Below are positions 1 to 9,232 of a stretch of 64,000 nt of DNA, in pieces. The notes beneath the pieces were generated by a model. That model was given only the letters and a program-made list of their open reading frames with translations, did no database searches and was not told the origin of the DNA. Both the position numbers and the translations under genes were made by a program. Source of the stretch: an uncultured Bdellovibrionales bacterium (lineage in GTDB: Bacteria; Patescibacteriota; Minisyncoccia; Moranbacterales; UBA1568); the NCBI GenBank assembly GCA_964436855.1, contig CAYTED010000005.1, positions 2,539 through 66,538 of the forward strand. The letters are read 5' to 3'. How positions within the stretch are numbered: the first letter of the stretch is position 1; the number at the start of each line of letters is the position of its first letter.

Positions 1-92
1 CGCTTTCCATAAATAATAAACAGCTGAGGATCACCAGATTCCCACCTCTCATTCAATGCCACCAATTCACTTATCCGATTGATGAATTTCAT
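1..92 (-). CDS. Archaeal-type ATPase (ATPase_2/DUF234-like), 5' end only
   Basis: Not in the ORF track. Read by hand from ATG 92: MKFINRISELVALNERWESGDPQLFIIYGK(R), matching the 'F..R..EL ... IIYG.RR.GKT' N-terminus of this family; runs off the window. Confidence 0.75.
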   Translation of the reverse strand, partial: MKFINRISELVALNERWESGDPQLFIIYGK

Positions 93-150
93 ACTCGTAA
101 TTATATTAAATAGTTTTTATAGAGATACTTTTCAACAGTATACTTACGAT

Positions 151-172
151 TAGTATACTCATGAGTATACTA
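151..172. promoter_or_regulatory. Perfect 22-bp palindrome, putative operator upstream of the ATPase gene
   Basis: TAGTATACTCATGAGTATACTA; further ATACT/AGTAT half-sites at about 91-150. Confidence 0.6.
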
Positions 173-377
173 TATGTCAATATCTCTATTCATACCTCAT
201 TTGAGCCAAAATACTGCTTACCTACGGATCCGTTTTTTCTTGCTTTTTCGACGGTTTTTTTCTATAATAGAGGTACTTATTTCACGTATGTTTTCCAAAA
301 AATCATTCACCTCAATATCACTATACGGAATGCTTTTTTCGCATGTTTTTGCCGTTTTTGCATTGACAAACTGTACA

Positions 378-415
378 TTCATGGATATATTGCCTATAGG
401 CAATATATCCATGAA
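378..415. repeat. Perfect 38-bp palindrome
   Basis: TTCATGGATATATTGCCTA|TAGGCAATATATCCATGAA; overlaps the -10 of TTGACA(363)-17-TATATT(386). Confidence 0.9.
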
Positions 416-533
416 ATAACGTACAATAGCATATTTATGAATATACAAGGATCTAACGGTCTTTTTTGTTTATATCCTTTCACTCCCCCGAGTATACCAA
501 AAACCTGCAGAAAAAATATTCTCCGTCAATATG

Positions 534-563
534 AAAAAAACAGTGGGCTTGCCACTGTTTTCT
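534..563. terminator. Intrinsic terminator (bidirectional-looking) after pepA
   Basis: AAAACAGTGG-gcttg-CCACTGTTTT with A/T tails on both sides. Confidence 0.75.
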
Positions 564-570
564 TATCCCT

Positions 571-1956
571 CTATCGAGATTCGATCAGCCTCACAAGAAG
601 CCTCACCGGAGCACCGACAGCGCCTTTGGCCAAGTGCTCCCCCTCGATCGCCGTCATGCGCGGCGCGATGTCGAGATGCACCCACGGATACCCTTCGGCA
701 AACTGCTTGAGAAACGCAGCCGCGGTGATCGCACCACCCCATCGATCTTTTCCGGTATTGCTCCAGTCACCAAAAGTGCCTTTGATATCTTCATCGTATT
801 CCTCCCAGAGCGGAAGCGGCCAAACGTAGTCTCCTGATTGTTCGCCAAGTTCTCGGAATTCTTGTTCGAGTTTTTCGTCCGTCGTAAAAAGCGCGCTCGC
901 CCGCTCGCCAAGCGCGACAACCGCAGCGCCGGTCAGTGTCGCCACGTCGACAACAAGCGACGGTTTGTATTTCTTCGCATATGTAAGAGCATCCGCAAGG
1001 ATAATGCGTCCTTCTGCATCCGTATTGTCGACCTGAATTGTTTTCCCCGACATCGATCGGAGAATATCACCCGGTCGATACGCCGACCCGGACGGCATAT
1101 TTTCGACTGCAGGGACAAGCGCAATAATATTTTTCTTGATCCTTAATTTCGCCGCCGCCGCAAGCGCGTGCATAACTGCCGCGCCGCCCGACATATCCAT
1201 ATTCATCCCGAGGATCGACTGTTCGGGTTTCAAATTGATTCCGCCCGTATCGAAGGTTACGCCTTTGCCAACAAGAACAATCGGATCAGCATTCTTGTTC
1301 GCGGCGCCAAAATATTCGAGAATAATAAATTTCGGTTTATCGTCCGATCCCTTTCCGACACCGAGGACACCGCCCATTCCGAGTTTTTCCATTTCTTTCA
1401 TGTCGAGGATTTTCACCTTCACACCCGGAATGGACTTCGCGATTTTTTTCGCCTCTTCGGCAAGCGTCGATGGTGTCACATCGCCTCCCGGAAGATTGGC
1501 AATTCTCCGACACGCATTCACTTCTTTCCCAATAACCATCCCCCGCTTTACGCCTTCCGCAAATTCTTTCGATGCGTGTTCGATAATACATTCTTTCACT
1601 TCCGGAAAACCTTCTTGTGGTTTGGTCAGGTGCTCGGTAAAAGAATGCGCCGCCATCAAAGTATTGACCGCGACCAGTTCGCCGAGTTCACGCTCGGAGA
1701 TCTTGATATTTGGAAAAGTGAATAATGTCGCATCGCACACAATCCGCTCAAAGCGCCTCGCTTTTGCCGTCGCGACGATTTTCCGCATAAAAAGAATAAG
1801 TTTGCGACGGTTTACTTTCTCTGGCTCGGCGACACCCATGGAAAGTTCTCTCGTGTCATTTGTCAGTTTCAAGACCTCATCGAATTTTTCCTCCGAACGC
1901 GACACTCGTACCAGTCCCTTTTTCTTCTCTCCTTTTGCGATCGCGGTGATATTCAT
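571..1956 (-). CDS. pepA: M17 leucyl aminopeptidase
   Basis: GKGVTFDTGG, DMSGGA, NTDAEGR, DVATLTGA and WVHLDIA motifs; start moved to ATG 1956 (MNITAIAK). Confidence 0.95.
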   Translation of the reverse strand: MNITAIAKGEKKKGLVRVSRSEEKFDEVLKLTNDTRELSMGVAEPEKVNRRKLILFMRKIVATAKARRFERIVCDATLFTFPNIKISERELGELVAVNTLMAAHSFTEHLTKPQEGFPEVKECIIEHASKEFAEGVKRGMVIGKEVNACRRIANLPGGDVTPSTLAEEAKKIAKSIPGVKVKILDMKEMEKLGMGGVLGVGKGSDDKPKFIILEYFGAANKNADPIVLVGKGVTFDTGGINLKPEQSILGMNMDMSGGAAVMHALAAAAKLRIKKNIIALVPAVENMPSGSAYRPGDILRSMSGKTIQVDNTDAEGRIILADALTYAKKYKPSLVVDVATLTGAAVVALGERASALFTTDEKLEQEFRELGEQSGDYVWPLPLWEEYDEDIKGTFGDWSNTGKDRWGGAITAAAFLKQFAEGYPWVHLDIAPRMTAIEGEHLAKGAVGAPVRLLVRLIESR

Positions 1957-2106
1957 ACCATTCTGCCATACAAAGTTAGTGAGGTATTGTATCAAAAAAG
2001 CAGAAAAGAAAAAAGACCTACCGGACTCCGCTTCGCGAAGTACTGATCGGCAGGCCGAAGGGCGCGTTGCGCCCAACCCCTCCTCACCCCTCCTTTTGGC
2101 GGGGCA

Positions 2107-2295
2107 TTACGTTCCCATCAGGCGGATACCGCCGCCCGGCGCAAGTAATGCATTCTTGCTCCACCGGGAGTCAGCAATCCATCGCCCGAACAACTCCCCC
2201 TCATCACTGTCGGGATCTGCGACTAAATAGAAGGCGCTTACCAAACCGAAGAGGTAAACGTCTCGAAAAACGAAATCGCCAAACTGAAAATTCAC
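2107..2295 (-). CDS. Putative 62-aa small protein of unknown function
   Basis: AAGGAG SD (2301-2306) 5 nt before GTG 2295; own promoter upstream. No recognisable family. Confidence 0.4.
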   Translation of the reverse strand: MNFQFGDFVFRDVYLFGLVSAFYLVADPDSDEGELFGRWIADSRWSKNALLAPGGGIRLMGT

Positions 2296-2395
2296 CGGTG
2301 CTCCTTGTAATATTAAGTTACTCAAACAAAAAAACGGCCTATCGGACTATCGTCCTTTTTGGTCGCTATGATGCGCAACAACACACCACCAGAAG

Positions 2396-2424
2396 ATCGT
2401 ACCACAAAGAAAATTCCGTGTCAA
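2396..2424 (-). promoter_or_regulatory. Sigma70-type promoter
   Basis: TTGACA-17 nt-TACGAT with a TG extension, overlapping the rarA stop codon. Confidence 0.65.
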
Positions 2425-3659
2425 TGATCCTCAAACCGGATATATGTTCTGTCTTTGAGTTTTTCGGGGAGATAGTCTTGCTTGGCGTCTTCTTTGTTTT
2501 TGAAATCCGGTGTGTATTTATAGTCTTTTCCATAGCCGATTTCTTTCATCAGTTTCGTCGGCGCATTGCGGAGATGAAGCGGGACGGGCTCATTGGGAAA
2601 TGCGACGATATCTTCTTTGACTTTCCCGTAGCCGACATACAGCGCATTGGATTTCTTGGACTTCGCGAGATAAACGACCGCTTGCGCGAGCGCGAGCTCA
2701 CACTCGGGCATACCGATATTTTTCGACGCCTCATACGCCGCGACCGCTTGCGGGAGTGCAAACGAATTCGCGAGTCCCACGTCTTCCGAAGCAAATCGGA
2801 TAAGCCGTCGCGCCACGTAGAGCGGGTCTTCCCCCGCCTCAAGCATCCGTCCAAGCCAATAGAGCGCGGCACTGGCATCTCCGCCACGCATGGATTTGTG
2901 CAGAGCGGAAATGATGTCATAGTGCCATTCGCCTTTCTTATCAAAAAGAAGATGCGAGCGCGCCATCACTTCTTCGATCAATGCGACAGAAATTTTCTTC
3001 GCACGCATCGAGCAAGCCTCGAGTGCCGAAAGTGCTTGCCTCGCATCGCCGCCAGACGCCTCGGCGAGAAATCCGAGCCCACTCTCTTCGACGGAAATTT
3101 TCTGCGATTTCAAAACTTCGTCTTCTTCGAGTGCTCGTTCGAGAAGTTTCATGATCGCCTCCGTCGGTAATTTTTCGAGTACGAGAACACGCGTCCGCGA
3201 CAGGAGTGCCGCGTTCACCGAAAAACTCGGATTTTCCGTCGTCGCACCGATCAGAATAACCGTCCCGTTTTCAACATACGGGAGAAGTGCGTCTTGCTGC
3301 GCCTTGTTCCACCGATGAATTTCATCGAGAAAGAGAAGGGTTGATCGTCCCTCCTTTCGATATTCTTTCGCTTGTTCCACCGTTTCTTGTAATATTTTTT
3401 TTCCGCTTTCGACCGCGGAGAGTTGAAAAAACGCCGCGTCGAGTTCGGACGCGATAATCCGCGCGAGCGTCGTCTTGCCGCTTCCCGGAGGACCCCAGAA
3501 AAGAAGTGAGGGGATCTGTTTTTCCGCAAGCGCACCACGGAGAAACGACCCCTCGCCGAATATTTTTTCCTGCCCGAAAAATTCGGCGATTGTTTTCGGT
3601 CGCATTCGTTCCGCAAGCGGTACGCGAGAAGCAGTGTGCGGTGTTGATGTTGACTTCAT
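2421..3659 (-). CDS. rarA: Replication-associated recombination protein A (AAA+ ATPase)
   Basis: [65 protein letters not shown]. Confidence 0.95.
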   Translation of the reverse strand: MKSTSTPHTASRVPLAERMRPKTIAEFFGQEKIFGEGSFLRGALAEKQIPSLLFWGPPGSGKTTLARIIASELDAAFFQLSAVESGKKILQETVEQAKEYRKEGRSTLLFLDEIHRWNKAQQDALLPYVENGTVILIGATTENPSFSVNAALLSRTRVLVLEKLPTEAIMKLLERALEEDEVLKSQKISVEESGLGFLAEASGGDARQALSALEACSMRAKKISVALIEEVMARSHLLFDKKGEWHYDIISALHKSMRGGDASAALYWLGRMLEAGEDPLYVARRLIRFASEDVGLANSFALPQAVAAYEASKNIGMPECELALAQAVVYLAKSKKSNALYVGYGKVKEDIVAFPNEPVPLHLRNAPTKLMKEIGYGKDYKYTPDFKNKEDAKQDYLPEKLKDRTYIRFEDH

Positions 3660-3676
3660 ATGGTACACCTCAAGAT

Positions 3677-4255
3677 TCAAGTTCTCAAAATTTTCTGTTT
3701 TCCTTCACGCAGAATAGTTATATGATTTTCGAAGAGCGCGACTATGGTTGACGGTTCGCTCGCAAGCGTACCACCATTATGATAAAAATCAACTCTTCCG
3801 CCAAAATATCGTTTCGCTTGAGCAATTGTGTCCGCCGGTGGTGCACCTTGAGGATTGGCGCTGGGCGCAACAAGCGGACCGGTTCGGCGGAGCAGCGCCC
3901 GTAACCACAAAGGCTCGGGCACGCGAAAAGCAATCGTCTGCGTGCCGCGATGAAGGTACTCGTACGACGGTTCGCCACACGGCAACACAACACTTACCGC
4001 GCCGGGCCAATGTTGCCGAAAAAATTTTTCTTCCCAATCGGTTGTCCTGACGCCGAATTTCGACAATTCCGTGCTATCGGACAAAAGCACAATACACGGC
4101 TTCCCTATATCGCGTCCCCGCACGGTATAGACGCGCTCTACCGCTCGCGCATCCATCGCACGTGCGACAAGACCATAGAGCGTATCGGTTGGAAGAATAC
4201 CGATACCTCCTTTCTCAAGCAAAGAAATGATCGTTTCGTTCCGGTGTTTTTTCAC
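3677..4255 (-). CDS. tsaC: L-threonylcarbamoyladenylate synthase (YrdC/Sua5)
   Basis: LPTDTLYGL, WPGAVSVV, TIAFRVP, APSANPQG, STIV. Confidence 0.9.
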   Translation of the reverse strand: MKKHRNETIISLLEKGGIGILPTDTLYGLVARAMDARAVERVYTVRGRDIGKPCIVLLSDSTELSKFGVRTTDWEEKFFRQHWPGAVSVVLPCGEPSYEYLHRGTQTIAFRVPEPLWLRALLRRTGPLVAPSANPQGAPPADTIAQAKRYFGGRVDFYHNGGTLASEPSTIVALFENHITILREGKQKILRT

Positions 4256-4261
4256 GATGTT

Positions 4262-6853
4262 TTAGATACGCGTTGAAGATTTCTTCAGTACGCGTTTCAA
4301 GTATTTTCCCGTATGCGAATGCTCGTTCTTCGCGACTTGTTCCGGCGTGCCGTGCGCGACAATATGCCCACCACCGACACCGCCTTCGGGACCGATGTCA
4401 AGAATATAGTCCGCCGATTTCACCAGGTCCATATTGTGTTCGATCACGAGCACGGTATTTCCCTTGTCGACAAGCTTGTCGAGAATTTCAATAAGTTTTT
4501 TCACGTCTTCGTAGTGGAGGCCGATCGTCGGTTCATCGAGGAGATAGATTGTTCGCTCGATGTGCCGTCGGTAGAGCTCGCTTGAAATTTTCACGCGCTG
4601 CGCTTCGCCACCCGAGAGCGTCGTTGCCGACTGCCCAAGCTTCAGGTAGCCGAGCCCGACTTCGTTCAGCGTTTTTAATCGATCCGCGATCGCCGGAATA
4701 TCTTTGAAAAAAACATACGCTTCTTCGATTGTCATTTCGAGCACTTCGTGAATATTTTTGTGCTTGTACGTTACCTCGAGCGTTTCTTTCATAAATCGTT
4801 TGCCATCACAAACATCGCAGGGAACGTATACCGTCGGCAAGAAGTGCATCTCGACTGCGATAAATCCGTTTCCCTCGCACGTTTCACAGCGCCCACCCGG
4901 ACGATTAAACGAGAACCGCCCCGCGCGCCACCCGCGCACACGCGCTTCTTCGGTTGTCGCAAAGAGATCACGAATATGTCCGAATGCGCCCGTATAGGTT
5001 GCTGGATTTGATCGCGGCGTCCGGCCAATCGGCGACTGATCAATCAAGACCGCACGCGACAAATATTCCGTTCCGGTAAACGATGAACAGTGAAACACCT
5101 CATTCGACCGATATCGACGATCAAATCGCGCCTGCAGATTTTTGTGCACCACTTCGTAAAGAAAGGTGGATTTTCCCGAACCGGACACACCGGTAATCGC
5201 CACAAATCGACCGAGTGGAATATCGGCATTTTCATTTTTGAAGTTAAAGATATTCATATTGCGAACCCGAAGCGTTCCCTTGTCTTTGTCGCGTCGCGTC
5301 GCGGGCACTTCGACCGCTTCCTCGCCGCGCAGGTACGCGAGCGTGAGCGATCCCGATTCGTTTTTCTTTGCCGTCAGAAGCGGCTCCAAAAAATCTGCAG
5401 CCACGATATGTCCTCCGTGCACACCCGCGCCCGGTCCGATATCCACAAGATAATCCGATGAAAAAATCGTGTCCTCGTCGTGTTCGACCACGAGAATTGT
5501 ATTCCCGAGGTCGCGAAGATCTTTGAGTGTCGCGATGAGTCGGTCATTATCCCTTTGATGAAGGCCAATCGTCGGTTCGTCGAGTACGTAGAGCGCGCCG
5601 ACCAATCGCGAGCCAAGCTGCGACGCGAGCCGAATACGCTGCGCTTCACCTCCGGAAAGTGTGTTCGCCCGACGATCAAGCGCGAGATAATCAAGTCCGA
5701 CATTGAGGAGAAAATCGAGTCGGCTGCCGATTTCCTTTAATACAACGGCGACGATTTGTTTTTCCCGGTTCGTGAGTTCAACCGATGTGAAAAAGTTCAC
5801 CGCATCCGCAACCGTCATGGCGGAAAGTGCCACAATATTTTTCTTCCCCACCAACACATGCAATGCCTCCTCGCGAAGCCGTGATCCGTGACAGCTCTCG
5901 CACAGTTCCTCGCCGAAAAAGTGTTTCGTCCCGAGTCCGTTACAGGTCGGACACGCACCATATGGTGAGTTGAATGAAAACAATCTCGGCTCCACCTCCG
6001 GATACGAAAACCCATCATTCGGACATGAGAATTTCGACGAAAGAAGAAACGATTCGTTGCCAAATGAGACTCGAACAAGTCCATCGGATTCTTCGAGCGC
6101 GCGCTCTACGGACTCGCGCAACCGTTCCTCGCTCTCTTTTTCTTTCTTTGCAAGCGAAAGCGCGCCGATTTCATCCACCACGAGATCGATATCATGTTTT
6201 TTGTTTTTTGAAAGGAGAATTTTTTCACGGAGACTATGCCGCTCGCCATCAATCACAACCCGGTTAAATCCCTTGCCGAGCGCATCATAGAGGAGTTGAT
6301 AATATTCCCCTTTCCGTCCGCGCACCACTGGTGCAAGAATGGATACCTCTCCTTCCTTTGAAATTTTTTTCTTGTGAAGCGAAACATCCAGCCGTTCAAA
6401 CACGAGCCGTATCATTTCTTCAAGCGACAGTTTCTCGATTTCATTTCCACAGACGAAGCAATGCGGTCGGCCGATCCGCGCATAGAGCACACGGAGATAA
6501 TCGTAAATTTCCGTAATGGTTGCAACGGTCGAACGTGGATTCGATGAGCGGGATTTTTGATCAATCGAGATCGCTGGTGAAAGACCGGAAATTTCATCAA
6601 CATCCGGCTTCTGCATCGTATTCAAGAATTGCCGGGCATACGCGGACAGTGATTCCACGTACCGACGCTGCCCCTCGGCAAAAATCGTATCGAAGGCAAG
6701 CGAAGACTTCCCAGAACCCGAAAGTCCGGTAAAGACTACCATTTTCCCCCGTGGCATCGCGACCGTCACATTTTTCAAATTGTGCGTACGCGCCCCCTTA
6801 ACGGTAATCCAATCCGACGGGGACAAGTTGTCCGCCTTTTCTTTCTTTGCCAT
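4262..6853 (-). CDS. uvrA: Excinuclease ABC subunit A (short form)
   Basis: GARTHNLKN, GLSGSGKSSLAFDT, two LSGGEAQR ABC signatures, Zn fingers; start at ATG 6853. Confidence 0.97.
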   Translation of the reverse strand: MAKKEKADNLSPSDWITVKGARTHNLKNVTVAMPRGKMVVFTGLSGSGKSSLAFDTIFAEGQRRYVESLSAYARQFLNTMQKPDVDEISGLSPAISIDQKSRSSNPRSTVATITEIYDYLRVLYARIGRPHCFVCGNEIEKLSLEEMIRLVFERLDVSLHKKKISKEGEVSILAPVVRGRKGEYYQLLYDALGKGFNRVVIDGERHSLREKILLSKNKKHDIDLVVDEIGALSLAKKEKESEERLRESVERALEESDGLVRVSFGNESFLLSSKFSCPNDGFSYPEVEPRLFSFNSPYGACPTCNGLGTKHFFGEELCESCHGSRLREEALHVLVGKKNIVALSAMTVADAVNFFTSVELTNREKQIVAVVLKEIGSRLDFLLNVGLDYLALDRRANTLSGGEAQRIRLASQLGSRLVGALYVLDEPTIGLHQRDNDRLIATLKDLRDLGNTILVVEHDEDTIFSSDYLVDIGPGAGVHGGHIVAADFLEPLLTAKKNESGSLTLAYLRGEEAVEVPATRRDKDKGTLRVRNMNIFNFKNENADIPLGRFVAITGVSGSGKSTFLYEVVHKNLQARFDRRYRSNEVFHCSSFTGTEYLSRAVLIDQSPIGRTPRSNPATYTGAFGHIRDLFATTEEARVRGWRAGRFSFNRPGGRCETCEGNGFIAVEMHFLPTVYVPCDVCDGKRFMKETLEVTYKHKNIHEVLEMTIEEAYVFFKDIPAIADRLKTLNEVGLGYLKLGQSATTLSGGEAQRVKISSELYRRHIERTIYLLDEPTIGLHYEDVKKLIEILDKLVDKGNTVLVIEHNMDLVKSADYILDIGPEGGVGGGHIVAHGTPEQVAKNEHSHTGKYLKRVLKKSSTRI

Positions 6854-6908
6854 AGAAACAGAATGATACCTTTTTTTCTCAAAAGGAGCAACCAGGAAAC
6901 ACCATTTT

Positions 6909-7616
6909 TCACCGAAGTCGCTCAAGTACAACGTACTCTTCCTTCCGTTCAGGATGAAAGGTGATCTCGACTATTTTTCCGTTCGCGCGCCTTTCGATAT
7001 CATCAATATTTTCAAACCAATCGAAGCTCGAAAAAAACTCCGAGGTTTTAAAAGATTTTCTTTCCGAAAGAAAGTGTCCGATATTTTTTTTCCAGAGAAT
7101 CTTCAATATTTTTCCAACCAAGGATTCCGGATCTCCGGTCAAAATACCTTTCTCTCCGAAACGGACGTATGGTATTCCATACGACATCGCAAGAGTGGTA
7201 TAGACCCGAAAAAAAGTCGGAAAATAATGAATATGTTCGTGTGAGTTGAGTCCATCCGGAAACCGACCAAACATTTCTCGAAAGAGTTCGATTTGCCGTC
7301 TCCACTCGTTTGTTACTTTTTTTGTCGTTACAAAGCCGAAGATATATCGAATAAAAAACTTTACGCCACGAAAAATCGGACTTTCTTTCTCCTTTTCACC
7401 GCTTTTGATGAGGTGGATCAACTCGAGGTGAAGATCAATCGAGACACCATTCACCAACAGCAAATCCTCTACTTCTTTTCGGGAAACATAATTAATGAGC
7501 ACGGATACCCGATTGAGTTTCCCCGCTTTCGCCAAACGAAGAATCGGCTCCGATGTTTTTCGGATCCCGTAATCGTCCGCGCTCACGACAATATTGTCAT
7601 TCAGGACTTTCGACAT
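6909..7616 (-). CDS. ChbG/YdjC-family carbohydrate deacetylase
   Basis: SADDYG, LHLEL, DGLNSHEHIH, EITFHP motifs. Confidence 0.8.
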   Translation of the reverse strand: MSKVLNDNIVVSADDYGIRKTSEPILRLAKAGKLNRVSVLINYVSRKEVEDLLLVNGVSIDLHLELIHLIKSGEKEKESPIFRGVKFFIRYIFGFVTTKKVTNEWRRQIELFREMFGRFPDGLNSHEHIHYFPTFFRVYTTLAMSYGIPYVRFGEKGILTGDPESLVGKILKILWKKNIGHFLSERKSFKTSEFFSSFDWFENIDDIERRANGKIVEITFHPERKEEYVVLERLR

Positions 7617-7894
7617 ACTTTTTCACCTCTCAAGGAAACACCTTCCAACTTCAGTTTTTTCATTTTTATCATCGACCCCCCGGTATTGTATTCGCCAACG
7701 TATCCATCCGAGCAAATCACCCGATGACAGGGAATATTCGGGTCGTGATTTTTCTTCATAAGTGTCCCGACCGCTCGTGCCGCTCCGGGAAACCCGGCGC
7801 GGCGTGCCACCTCGCCATAGCTCAATACCGATCCCCTCGGAATCTCCGAGACAACCCGAAGCACACTTTTTTCAAACAGTGTCGATTTTCCCAT
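7601..7894 (-). CDS. O6-alkylguanine-DNA alkyltransferase (MGMT family, C-terminal domain only)
   Basis: IPRGSVLSYGEVA, ARAVG and PCHRV with the active-site Cys. Confidence 0.85.
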   Translation of the reverse strand: MGKSTLFEKSVLRVVSEIPRGSVLSYGEVARRAGFPGAARAVGTLMKKNHDPNIPCHRVICSDGYVGEYNTGGSMIKMKKLKLEGVSLRGEKVCRKS

Positions 7895-7971
7895 TTTTTC
7901 TCTATTCTTGTTTTTCCCTGAAACAGACAAACCCCGGGCGAATACCCGAGGTTTTTCTGATATTGCGTCGA

Positions 7972-8829
7972 TTACTCGTTCGTTGCCGATTCGGTTGTTT
8001 CGGACGTCGTTCCAAACGCTTTTTTCAAATCGACACGCGCCGATTCCATCGTTTTTTGAAATTCATCCATCGCCGCTTTGATCACTGTTCGTTTCGTTTC
8101 GGCAAGCGATTTCACCGTCGCACCGACTTTCTCCATATCCTTCCGATCGCTCGTTAACTTCTCTCGCGCAAGTTGCATGCTCGATCGAAACGATACCCGA
8201 ACGTCTTCTGGAGATTTCCCGCTATCGCACAGAGATTTCGCACTCGATATCGCCGAATTCACCGCTGTTTTGAATGCAGATACCGCCGAGCCCATCGAAT
8301 CCTTTCGCTTCGATACTGCCGAATCCACACCCTTTCGAAACTCTTCGATCGCCGCATCCACCGATTCGCGACGCTTTTCGACCGCTGTTTCCACGGTTTC
8401 CTCAAATTTTTTCACTGCCTCTTTCTGTTCATCGGTTTTCGCGCGTTCTTCCAATTTTGAATACATTTCTTCACGCTTCGCGTCCTGTTCGGTCCGATTC
8501 TCGGAGAGTTTCGTGCTCCGCTCATCGCGCTTTGTTTCAAATTTTTCCACACGATTTTCCTTCCAATCGGAAAATTTCGATTCTCGATCACTCATTCGTT
8601 CAGTCATCTTTGACATTAAATCGGAAAACCGACTGCAAAACATTCCTTGACGCGCCTCTTGTCGCTCTTCTTTTGCGGCAGTTCGTTCTTCCATTCTCGC
8701 TTCACGGGCGGCCTGTATTTCGGCCTGTTTTGCCGCGCGTTCTTCCGGCGTGAACGCAAAAACAACATTTGCGGAAAGAAAAACTCCCACTCCGAAAAAC
8801 ACAAGCGTGTTAATAGTTTGTTTCTTCAT
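7972..8829 (-). CDS. Secreted coiled-coil protein of unknown function
   Basis: Signal-peptide-like N-terminus (..ANVVFA) followed by a long E/K/R/A-rich helical body. Confidence 0.8.
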   Translation of the reverse strand: MKKQTINTLVFFGVGVFLSANVVFAFTPEERAAKQAEIQAAREARMEERTAAKEERQEARQGMFCSRFSDLMSKMTERMSDRESKFSDWKENRVEKFETKRDERSTKLSENRTEQDAKREEMYSKLEERAKTDEQKEAVKKFEETVETAVEKRRESVDAAIEEFRKGVDSAVSKRKDSMGSAVSAFKTAVNSAISSAKSLCDSGKSPEDVRVSFRSSMQLAREKLTSDRKDMEKVGATVKSLAETKRTVIKAAMDEFQKTMESARVDLKKAFGTTSETTESATNE

Positions 8830-9160
8830 ATACTGTTCCAAAGTCGCTTACCGAGTCCTCTTCCGATTGAATACTATTTGTCTCGCCAAGCTCCTCATCA
8901 TTTAACGTTGAATTATCGAGATCCGCTTCTTTTGAAATTTCATCCACGACCGCATCCGGCGTATCCGGAGTTGTTTTTTTCTGATCGCCCATCGATGTCT
9001 GCCCTGTTTTTTTCTCCGAAATCGTCTGCGGCACAATATTTTTCACCGTCGCCGGTACCGGCGTTCGCGATACGACAGACATTTGACGATACACGAGTAC
9101 ACCAAGCGCGAGAATCACGACAAGCGCGACTCCGACGATAACCCCTTGTTTTCCTGTCAT
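8810..9160 (-). CDS. Membrane-anchored hypothetical protein
   Basis: N-terminal TM helix and acidic tail; co-oriented with neighbours. Confidence 0.7.
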   Translation of the reverse strand: MTGKQGVIVGVALVVILALGVLVYRQMSVVSRTPVPATVKNIVPQTISEKKTGQTSMGDQKKTTPDTPDAVVDEISKEADLDNSTLNDEELGETNSIQSEEDSVSDFGTVYEETNY

Positions 9161-9232
9161 AAAATAAATGTATATTTGATTTTAGTACGAGAGGCACGAC
9201 CGATACCCCTCTCATAAGACACTTCTAGTATA

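Noticed and set aside
161-829. ORFs 161..829, 174..419 (including a 43-aa version from ATG 288) and 218..448
   Set aside because: No recognisable protein features; they run through palindromes or antisense to pepA.
2008-2390. RNase P RNA, tmRNA or SRP RNA
   Set aside because: No GAGGAAAGUCC motif, no tRNA-like GGGG..CCACCA ends and no SRP core found on either strand.
1136-3170. Long antisense ORFs such as 1136..2230 and 2067..3170 (also 9251..10174, 30676..31674, 45214..46782)
   Set aside because: Shadow frames opposite well-supported genes, with non-protein-like composition.
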